Below, piece after piece: positions 23,142 through 33,544 of a stretch of DNA of 64,000 nucleotides (position 1 is the stretch's first letter; every line of letters starts with the position of its first letter). The notes under the pieces were generated by a model. The model had not been told where the DNA came from. It saw only the letters and a program-made list of their open reading frames with translations, and searched no databases. Location of the stretch: the NCBI GenBank assembly GCA_045837725.1, contig JBEWZL010000253.1, forward strand, positions 62,001 to 126,000, written 5' to 3'. The translations under genes were made by a program, and so were the position numbers. The DNA comes from Vermamoeba vermiformis (lineage: Eukaryota).

Positions 23142-25642
23142 TTACGGCGCCGAACAAGTATTAATACATTTTTGGGCAACTAGTGGGTCCAAAGGACAAG
23201 AGAAATTGTTGTTGGCAATATTGCAGTACATGTAATTCCTCCAATACTGCACTCCATCCGCAACAAACGAGGTAAAGTTGTTGCCAGAAATATCTAGACC
23301 TACTAATTGTCTATATTGCGATACCGACAAACGGAATTCGCCGCTAAATCCGTTGTTTTGCAGTTCAAGATCCTGAATCTGCGACAACGCACCTAACTTC
23401 CAGGTAAGACCAGTTAAATGGTTGTTTCCCAAATATAGGTACGTCACGCTCAAGCTGAAGAGAGGCAAGTCTCCGCTAAACATGTTGTTAGCGAGATTGA
23501 TGAAGGTGACGGTGCCAACAAAGTCCGGCAAGTGTCCATACATCTGGTTGTGAGATAAATCCAGATCGCTGAGGACTTCAGACTCTGCCACTGAGTACGG
23601 CAATCTTCCGTGAATGCTGTTGTGCCTCAAGTCGAGCATGCGTAGCGCAGGCATATCTCCAATGGTATCAGGCAGCGAGCCTGAGATCATGTTGTGTTTC
23701 AAGATGAGTTTCTTAAGCTGCTTGATAGATGTAATGCTGTCGGGGATGGTGCCTTGTATGGTGTTGTTGGATAGATCCATTACCCAGAGGAAAGTCAGGC
23801 GGGAAATGTTGGCTGGGATAGTGCCAGTCAAGTTGTTCGCGGGCAATTTGAGATATGTGACACGACTCGTATACATCGTGCAATTAACTCCGTACCACTC
23901 GCAATAGTCAGTATTTGAGAGCCAGCCATCTTTACGCTTCCAATTGTCTCCGTTCAACGCGTGATAAAATTCCGTCAGTGTCTCTAGATCCAGGTTCAAC
24001 ATCGAATCATCAGTGGGAGTGACGGGGCGATTAGGTTGATTAGACCATTCGCCATCGGATTCTTGATTGGGCTGCAAGGTAAGTGCGAGAACGATGCAAC
24101 CAGTGACCAAGCCAAGCACGCATACTGCCGCGATGACTGTGCGCCACAGCTTCGAGATTGCAGGCTTGGGACTCTTCGGCGTGATATAGGCCTTCGAGCT
24201 AACTTCAGTGACGGATGACTTGCTTTGTTTGACGAACTGGTCGTAGAGTGCATCCACCGCAAAGTTCAACTTGTCGGTAGTTGATTTCAGGTTCTTGATG
24301 TCGTTGAAGTTGGCTACGAATTGACTCGCTCAGATATGGAATCAGCGACTCATAGTCCACATGAAGAATACCTAAAGAGCACACTGTCGTTAGTTTACTG
24401 CACTTCAATGTGTCATTCGTGTCAATAGAACTCACCATCAATGAGCTGAACTGCCTCGGGCACCACACTCTCCACTTGTTGTGCAATGTAGCCGACAAAT
24501 CTTCTGTTCACTGCTGGTGTAACACCGCTCTTGAACTTGTAATTGACGCCGTCAATCTTCAGCAACACATCACGTGGATTTCCGTCTGCAACAACATAGT
24601 TAGTCTGGAGCCTCAAATAAGCGCTTATATACTATATTGCTGCTAATAGGGCTAGAAAGGTACCTTCTTCGAGCAAGCGAATGTCCTCTTTGATATTGAT
24701 GTCTGATGCCTTGTAGAAGTTGAGTGCTCTGAAGTTGCCAATCACTTCCGCATTGCCGTTGTAAAGGACCATGTATTGCTCGTTCCTATCAATGGCATTA
24801 GTATTATAATTATACTAACTCAATATAGCAACTTACGGCTGAGGTAATGCGAGCGCGAAGTTGGATGGGCTTTCAGGAATAAACACATCATCGTACATGT
24901 GCATTTGATCCGAAGAAAGCACCGAAGAATGTGATTCTGCGCCAGGGCTCTCCTTAATTTCCCTAACGTCTTCATATTCATTCTCATACGAGAGGCTATT
25001 CACGTTGGTGTTGTTGTTCGTGTACGCGCCAGAGTGCTCGGCCCAAGCCATCGTAATAAATGCTATTTGCAAATAAATATTATTAATATACTCTAAATGA
25101 CATAAAGTAGTACCACGAACGATAAATTTATGTGTGTTCGAACTGGATTAGCATCCAGATTGAAGGATAACTTAGAAAATCTGAATTGAAAGAGACTTAC
25201 GTTCGCCATCAGTAACTCCATTACGCTTTTTGGGTAATAATTGGAGTATAGCTGTTGTTCCTTGTTGCACATAAACATTGTTTTGATAACACGAAACTTG
25301 AATGCGCACTAACTGCTCGTCAATTTTTCTAAAGTCGAATATTCCATGGTTAACTTTAATTCTGACAATAACTCCTTCAACTGCTTCCGTGTTTTCGTTT
25401 TTCTTGAACTGGATTAAGTTTCTTTTTGACCAAGTGAATGCGTTAGGTGCTTCGACCTCTTTATCTGAAGCATGATCCTCGTAAAATAAATGTATGTGAT
25501 ATTTTAATGAGGCTGGTTGGTTCTTTTCTGCGAGGGCAAAACCAAAATTGTGCGAACCGATCAACGGCACCGCTTCCAGATTCGCGTTGCACTCCAGAGG
25601 CACAAACAGCGAAAAGATATTACGAATGTGTATACTCTGCAT
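23142..25642 (-). CDS. MYRF-like S74/ICA-TM-LRR protein copy C (apparent +1 frameshift at ~24315)
   Basis: QSIHIRNIF...QLLPKKRN; ASDINIKEDI; GYIAQQVESVVPEAV; TM TVIAAVCVLGLVTGCIVLALTL; LRRNT FYHALNGDNW..CEWYGVNC; LRRs. Reads CGT-A-GCC where paralogs have CGT-GCC. Confidence 0.8.
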
Positions 25643-25929
25643 GGTGGTCAACACTTCGAATCAGGTATTGAAATTGACGACCATCAGAGGACTTGGGGAA
25701 AAACTGACATCCGGGTGACAAGTTAGACCCCAATTACGAAGTAAAGATATCGGCTAACCTCTATACAGTAGCCATCCTTAAATATGACTATGCGTGCGCA
25801 GAAATGAGTTACTTAATGAATTCCAAGGCGGGACTTCTGGTGCACAAGAGCCGAATTGTTTCGGTCATTTTTTGACTGTCGTCAGCAGCACTAACAACTG
25901 CGACAAGAATTAATTATAAATAATATATA

Positions 25930-27894
25930 ATGAGTGAAGAGTTTGCACGTCACGTACTGCGCGTAGTCGTGGCGCAAGTGTGCGCAAGTTTTGGATTTCA
26001 GTCGATCGAGCAATTTGCTTTAGAAACATTAGTTGACGTCTTACAATCATGTAAGTCTCTTAATATAATATATTGATATTTATTGCAGCGATATATAACG
26101 TCAATACACGATCAATAAGAAATAAGAAAAAATTCGAATTATTTGTAATAATTTATCTTGCCTTTATTTTCAGCTAATATTCCTAAAATAATATGTACGA
26201 ATATACTTTAATATTTATAAACACAGATATTGAAGAAATTGGCTATACGTCTCATTCGATCAGCGAAGTCGCTTCAAGAACAGAATCCAATTTCCACGAT
26301 GTATTATTCGCATTTGCAGACCTAAAAGTATCAATTTCCGAATTGATGTTATTTGCTACACAAGCTGATGAAATGCCATTCTCTAAACGTAAGCAGAAGA
26401 AACGCGATCGTCGATCCGGCCTTGAACTCTCATTGAAGCGCTTATTAATTTTTATGGTGCTATATATTGACTTTGAATATATTTAGCATTACCCGAATTC
26501 CCAATGAAGACAAAACAATACAAACCCAAAATGTTGTCAGATCCTGAAGAACCATTACCCGCGCACATTCCCTCATTTTTGCCTGCTTTTCCTGATAAAC
26601 ATACTTATATGAAGACACCAGTACGTACTATTTTAATATATTAATAATTCTTTTGAATTTTTTTATTTTTTTATTCGGCGTGTAACGAACCTACCCCCTT
26701 CTAGGTACCCGTAGAAAAAGAAGTTGATCCCGTCAAAGTGCGCGAGAAAAAGAACAGAGAACGACACGATGTCGAGTACAGTTTGGCGAGATTACACAAG
26801 CGAGTCAGAGGCGAGACTGCCTGGCAAAATCAACCAACAGATTATCAATCCTTATACGATCCTAAACCAGACGGTACGTTATATAATAGTGAATTGTACA
26901 TATTGCAGTCGATTGATTATCAATCTCGTAGAAAACAAGACGGGCCCAGATCCAGTCGATTTGGATGCACTAATGAGCAAGCCTTCTGCACCTAGTACGT
27001 ATACAACTTTACATGACTATCACAGTGCACGGATTAACACATATGCACGTAGCTCCCGCCGTAAAACCAACACCATTGCCAAAAGACAGTCCGTTCATTA
27101 CCTCACAGTACAACGTACCTGTCATTCCACCAGAAGAGAAAGAAGAAGGTAATTTTAATTTGCACAGCATAGAGACATTGCCGCGGTGATATCAATTCAG
27201 CATCGAGCTTATACGATTAGCACTCTAATTAGATTTTCATTTTTTGTCGTGTCATTACTGCATTGTCAGAACAGTTCTAATACTTGCTTTTCTATCCATA
27301 GACAAGGCACAATCAGCCGCCGAAGAGCTTGAACGAAAGAAAAGACAAGAAAAGATTGAGCGAATTTTGGCACTGCAACATCGTGATGGAGTGGATACAC
27401 TCGAAGTTAACTTTGGATCTCCTTACGAAAGGTATTTAACAACATCTTTTAGTTATACTATATGAACCATTACGTGATATTAATGATATTCCGCAAAACA
27501 GTGCCGTTACAACACCGGGATTCTTCGAGGCAGGTTCACCAATTTCACCATCATATTATCAGAACAGTAACACTGGATTCAACGAACAATCTAATGGCGG
27601 CATGACTCCTGCGTAAGTGTAACAATATGTTATTGAACTGTTGGCTACTGCATCCTTCATGCATACTTTTAATGTTTGAGATCTGGTGCTGGACCGAGAT
27701 CTGGATCTCCTTGCAAATCGATTCACATTCGTAATACAATGCTAATTATATTACATATTAGTGGTGGCAATTACTCACCAGTAAATTCGCCGCGTCCGTC
27801 GCTATTCTCAACTGTTATTGCCTCGTCGCAACAGAACAACAACAATAACACGCCGAACAATCCTGAAGATAACCAATTGATGGACATTATTTAA
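25930..27894 (+). CDS. TAF8: TFIID subunit TAF8
   Basis: Histone-fold region (VVVAQVCASFGFQSIEQFALETLVDVL..RTESNFHDV) plus the TAF8-C motif HIPSFLPAFPDKHTYMKTP and DVEYSLARL. Confidence 0.88.
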
Positions 27895-28098
27895 ATATAA
27901 TGTATTGTTAATACGAGTAAAATAATACTTAGTCGAGGCACGTGTAGTTGAACCTTGTAAATTTATACAATAGGAGTGTTTTTGTACAATTAAAAAAAAG
28001 TCTCGTAAAGAGAGACCATTTCAAAATTGACTTGGTAATATTAATACCAAGCCATATTAACTATATTAATTCGCCAAGTAATTGTTTTAAGCGCCAAT

Positions 28099-28994
28099 CT
28101 ATTCGTCATCAGACCAATCATTTTCTTCATCGTCCTGAGGCCCTTCGTCTTCTATTATTCGGAATAAAGTTAATATTAATAAATAAATAATTATAATATT
28201 AAATGTATCGCATTATAACGCCTAATTAAGGAATTATAAGAGCGAGGATTACCTTTAAAATCTGAGGGTCCGTCAGGGTTACTCAGCACATCAGGACTGA
28301 AGCCTTCAAACATCATCTTCTGTTGCACTGCTGCGAGGGGCACGCCGTTCTTTAACATCTTGAAGTACTTCATGTAACGTGGATCTTGTGCGTTCGTCAT
28401 TCCTGAACCGGCACCATTGGCTAAAGGAATAGAGGTGAGAAAATTACTTAATATGTATTTTTAATGATAGGTTCGTTATTAATATAAATTTGATGCAAGA
28501 AAAGAGGACGTTATTTTGCAACAAAGATCGGATCTGTCTCGATAAAATTATGCCATATTATGAATTGAAAAAATGTGCATAATATTTATGATATCGCTGG
28601 TATTATTTAAGATCAATTAAGACCAATAAATATTGAGCACGTATAAAATAATGTTACCAGCTTCTTCTGGTTGAGCTTCTGCAGCAGGTTGAGGGACGTT
28701 ATTATTAGCATTATTTTCGACATTATTATTAGCAACGGGTTGATTATTATTCGCTGCATTTGGTGCTCCTGGTGCTAGGGCACTTTCGGGGATGGAGGCT
28801 AATTTTGCTTCCAATAATCCCATAGTAATCTCTAACTGCTGTAATTGTGAGCTGACATCGCTGAGCTTTTGTTCGCACGTATTTGCAAATCTATTTAAAA
28901 ATTGGGTGGTTTGGATCAGAAAGCTGTTGACAAACGTGAGGGATTTGCGATATGGAATCGGATCTACTTCTGTGAAATCTAATTGAGGCTGCAT
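28099..28994 (-). CDS. WASHC3: WASH complex subunit 3 (CCDC53)
   Basis: TFVNSFLIQTTQFLNRFANTCEQKL..LEITMGLLEAKLASIP and DPRYMKYFKMLKNGVP..KMMFEG..PD, with an acidic tail. Confidence 0.92.
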
Positions 28995-29150
28995 GGTGGA
29001 TACCGATTTATATACAACGAAAAAATACGAAAAATGCTCACAAAGACGACTCCCACGAATTTTCCATTTTATTAATATTATTTGATCTAGCCGTTTTTGG
29101 AACAATGCTTGTTTAACTAAGACCTCCTTGTACTATAGCACATCATTAAC

Positions 29151-31298
29151 AATGAGTCGGAGGCGAGGAGAAGACCTCGAAGAGGAGGAGATCGAATTGA
29201 AGAAGCGATATGAATTGTTAAGACAAAAGAAGGTACACGAGAGAATGTCAACAATATTATTATTACAAATTATATGGATAATTTTCATCGAGTTATTGAT
29301 TGAATCGATTATTAATCAACTATTTTATTGCAGCGAAATGAAGATAAAGACAAAACAATTGAAAATAAAATTGCAGCAGCCAAAAAAATATTAGCAGTAA
29401 GTAGGCACACGTGCACATCAATTTATTTTGATAAACACAAACACAAATATTGGGAAAGTTTTTTCACGTGCCCATCTGGTACTCCCTTACACAAGGCGGC
29501 ACAGGTCTAATTATTATTATACTATTAATGGCAGATATATCGTCGTTAGGCCGCAAAATTATATATAGTGACCCTTTCAATATTTTAACAAGGAGGTTAG
29601 GACCCAAGAGGGCAGAGGCGACAGAAAGGCTCCACAAAATATAATTATATTGATTTTTCCCTTCCGCGAAGAAAAGAAAGGAGAAGGGGGGACCACAACC
29701 CACATCTCTCCATACTCATAATATCCATCTTATTAATCACGTTATCGGACGATAAATCAAAAAATTCGGGTCATAAATCCAAAATGTTCGGGAAAAATCG
29801 CCCAAAATGTATGGCGAGCCCGAATGACGATATATCCAGTCCGACGATATACCTGTCAATGACAGTAATTATATTAACATTTGTACAGCAGCAACAACAA
29901 GTCGATCACCAAGCTCAAGCAGCACGCGCAGCTGGTCTAAAAAAATCATCGCAGTTCTTGCGCAAGAAGGTGCGTAGCCTTATCACTATTAATAACAATT
30001 ATCGAATAACTTGCATGAATGAATAACTGTGCTTGATGTCATGCATTTGCAAAGGCCTATATTGACGTGCTATAATGTCACAGGAAGGAGGCAATTACGT
30101 GCCATCCACACCGATGCCAGGAGTGGAATACATCGAGCCAAAGTCAAGTGACGATGATATTAAAGAACCGCCATTTAAGAAACAAAAGGTAAGCCCTGTT
30201 AACAGACTCTTAACAAAACGGCAGCAGATCGGATCGACACATTTACACGACAAATTCTATACTACATGTTTTGATTTCAACGTGCAAATTTTTTCCCCAC
30301 GCTGTAAGAGGCACCTTATGTTTAAATTCACGAAAATTATTCCTTTTGGGGCGGATCTGTTCGTGCACGGCGTGTCACCAAACAACAAGCTTCCATAGCT
30401 CAGTTGGTTTAGAGCGTTCGACTGTTAATCGAGAGGTCCTTGGTTCAATCCCAAGTGGAAGCGACTTTCTTTTTTGCCTGTTAATGGCTCTATTCCTTTC
30501 TTTTTATCGCGTCCAACAACAGATCTTTCGTGTGAAATTATCCCAAGAATTCAAGGGGGAGCCCTTCGCTTTTTGAATATTATTTAATCAACTTAACACC
30601 ACTTGGCATCAGTGGCTCTCAAATACGAATGTTAGACGTCTTAAGACAATATTATTATAACCTGAGGCACGAGCAGGCCGTAGGTTTGTCTTTTTGACGA
30701 CCTCGTACGGTTGCGGCCTCGTTCTTTCAATAACGGCGCCATAGCTTAGTGGTAGAGCCTCGGTCTCATGAGTCGATTGTCCAAGTTCGATTCTTGGTGG
30801 CGCCTATTCTGATTTTTTTGTTGTGGCGGTCCGGCTTGTGGAAGTAGTGACCAAACACGATGTTGGTCGCTCTGGTGGTCTGTTTGAAATTGGTGAGCGA
30901 TGTTGTAAACGTCTCGGGCACGACCACACTAACAAGAATGCACCGCTTCCCGTCCGATCAGCGAAGTTAAGCTTGTTCAGGCCTTCTTAGTACTGGGGTA
31001 GGAGACTACCTGGGAATCGGAGGTGTTGTGCTCTTCTCTTTTTTGCTTTTTGACTATTTGATCCTTCCTTGGACTCGCGCGGGGCCCTCTTGTTTGATTT
31101 TAGTTTGTAACGGTTCAATCGAATTCGGATGCATCTGATCTGCTGTGGTTTTTTTGTCGTTCGAAAGCTTTTCTAACGCATGCATTTAAGTTAGCAGATG
31201 GTTCAGCGAATACAGAGCCAGGAGAGTTCAAAGAGCCCGCTGCTGTGGCTCAACACCATGACAACGCTGCATCCACGAGTGCACCTGTAAATAACTGA
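29151..31298 (+). CDS. Small protein resembling the N-terminal part of NELF-E; hosts Pol III genes in its last intron
   Basis: Exons join to MSRRRGEDLEEEEIELKKRYELLRQKK..AAAKKILA..AGLKKSSQFLRKK..EPPFKKQK|LADGSANTEP..*. Last intron 30189-31190 has a GTAAGC donor, CTAAC branch point and TTTAAG acceptor. Confidence 0.55.
30389..30463 (+). tRNA. tRNA-Asn(GTT)
   Basis: GCTTCCA/TGGAAGC acceptor stem, TAGCTCAGTTGG A-box, anticodon loop CTGTTAA, GGTTCAATCCC B-box and downstream poly-T. Confidence 0.95.
30735..30805 (+). tRNA. tRNA with CAT anticodon (Met-like), atypical
   Basis: GGCGCCA/TGGCGCC acceptor stem, TAGCTTAGTGGTAGAGC D-arm, loop CTCATGA, CCAAG-TTCGATT-CTTGG T-arm and poly-T terminator. 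Confidence 0.8.
30916..31034 (+). rRNA. 5S rRNA
   Basis: GGGCACGAC...GTTGTGCTC terminal helix; conserved CCCGTCCGATCAGCGAAGTTAAGC and TTAGTACTGGGGTAGGAGACTACCTGGGAA; about 119 nt; T-run terminator. Confidence 0.95.
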
Positions 31299-31454
31299 AC
31301 CCGAGCCGAAAAGGAGCGACGTATCTACTGTATTGTAAATAAAATCCGTACTTATGAATGACGAGTTATTACGGTTCTGAAGTTCTATTTTTATCGCGTC
31401 AATTTCGTTCGTTTTCAGATTCAGCTAAATTTTAAAGCACCAGAGAGGAGAACA

Positions 31455-33359
31455 ATGGCTGATCAAAAAGTTGAAGAAAAACCAAAGCAAGTCGTTGAGG
31501 AAAGCTCGTCCGAAGAGTCATCTGAAGAGGTAGGAAACTGGCCTTTGCGGCTGAAGTGCTAAATCTGTCTTGAACGACCTAAATAATTATTAAAAAATAT
31601 ATTAATATTATTTACACGTGCGCAAGCATTAATTTCGTTGTAGGACGATTGGATTCCGTTTTCCAAAAGACCTGAATGGGCTGACGTAAAACCAGTGCCT
31701 CAAGATGATGGCCCACACCCTATTTGTCCTATTAATTATACAGAACAATGTAAGTCACGATTATAATAATTCTAGGCCCTTATTTAATCGAGTTGTAATT
31801 TCAAATTGAAAAAACGGATATTTTTAGCTTTAACTAAATTTAAAATTCATTCTATTATTACTAAATACAATTTTAATATTATTCACCGACCGATTGTAAT
31901 ATTTTTGTCGCCATCCAGTTCGAGAGACGATGGATTATTTCCGTGCCATAATTTTAAAAGATGAACGAAGCGAACGAGCACTGCAGCTTACAAATGAGGC
32001 CATCGAAGCAAATCCAGCGAATTACACAGCTTGGTACTTCAGAAGGTAGGCAGCTCGATGATTTATTTTTATCTTCGCTCTGATTGGCCGGTTTGGCGGC
32101 GTCCCAACAACGGCCTAATAGCATAGTTGGTTATTGCGCCCGCCTAGTAAGCGGGAGGTCCTCGGTTCGAATCCGAGTTAGGCCAGTTTCTTTTTTTGCT
32201 CGTGCTATTACTTTTCTATTGGCTTGGCTAAATGAGTGCACCGCTTCGAAAACTTTTTTTGATCCGGATCAGATCGAGATCTGTCAATTTTTAACGAGCA
32301 CTCTTCATAGTATTTTTATCTTATAACATGATCTGTGTGCTAAATATTTGTCTTCTATTAGATTATGTCTATTTGCGCTGGGCTCAGATTTGAAAGCGGA
32401 ATTACAACGCGTGGTCGAGGTCGCACTTGACAACTCAAAAAATTATCAAGTCTGGTACCACCGAAGACTGCTGTTAGAAAAGTTGAAGGCAGACCCCGAC
32501 GCCACTGCTTTGGCCAACAAGGAATTAGAATTGACTGCTATGGCTTTGAAAGATGACAACAAGAACTATCACGCTTGGTCGCACAGGTAAAATCTTTTTG
32601 CTGAATGCTGATAACTTCACTATCGCTGATAATATGATTACTAGACAATGGGTGCTGACTACTTTCAATGTTTGGGAAAAAGAACTCGATTACGTCGAGA
32701 GTTTAATTAAACTTGATTGGAGGAACAATTCAGCTTGGAATCAACGATATTTCGTACTCACAAGCACTACTGATATGAACAAAGAGGTCAAGGCTAAAGA
32801 GATTGAGTACGTATCTTACCTACATACTTCGTACTAGTAGATTATTCAACTCGTGTTCGGTACCAGATCTAACACATTTTTCTTATTCTAGATTTGCTAT
32901 TAAATGGATTAAGACGTCACCAAATAACTCTTCTCCGTGGACATATATGCTAGGGTAAGTACTAACAGTGTGCTAATAGAACCAAGCCTACTTTCGCTCG
33001 TGTAACACGCCATGCTAACGTACCTTTTTGCCACTAGTTTGGTGAAAGACAACAAGTTCAGTGACTTCCCTATGATCGCTGAGTTCTGCAACGAGGGCAA
33101 GAGCAAGTACGTCACGTGTGCTCACTTGTTCTCGACGTTGATAGATATTTGCGAAGAAGAATTTTTGGCAACAAAGGATGAGGCTAAATTGGCCGAGGCA
33201 CTTGGTGTAAGCTCTTTAGATTATAAGTAATCGAATTCGGTGGTATTTATATATTAATACGCATTTTTTAAGTACTGCGACGTTCTAGCGAACAACATCG
33301 ATGAACTGCGAAAGAAGTATTGGCTTTACAAGAAAGGATTGCTTTCAGAGCTCAAATAA
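31455..33359 (+). CDS. FNTA: Protein farnesyltransferase/geranylgeranyltransferase-I alpha subunit
   Basis: [38 protein letters not shown], and PPTA repeats [44 protein letters not shown]. Confidence 0.95.
32112..32185 (+). tRNA. tRNA-Thr(AGT), intronic
   Basis: GGCCTAA/TTAGGCC acceptor, CCCGC-CTAGTAA-GCGGG anticodon arm, GGTTCGAATCC B-box and poly-T. Lies in FNTA intron 32046-32361. Confidence 0.95.
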
Positions 33360-33544
33360 GCTTCATAGTGAACTTAAATGCCTCACAGTAACAAAATGTT
33401 AATTAATAGTAAAATAAGCATGATTTTGTAAGTCACGTGGCAGATCGGTGCCAAGTTTTGGAATTTCTTGCCGCCCTCTTTTATTGAATCAATTTTTGCA
33501 ACACGCATAAGGCGTGTTTGATATGTTCGAGAAATAACGCAACC

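Noticed and set aside
29450-29830. Purine-rich, GC-shifted stretch in a long intron, considered as a hidden ncRNA or insertion
   Set aside because: No tRNA, snoRNA or snRNA boxes, terminal repeats or convincing fold were found. It resembles the other garbled patches.
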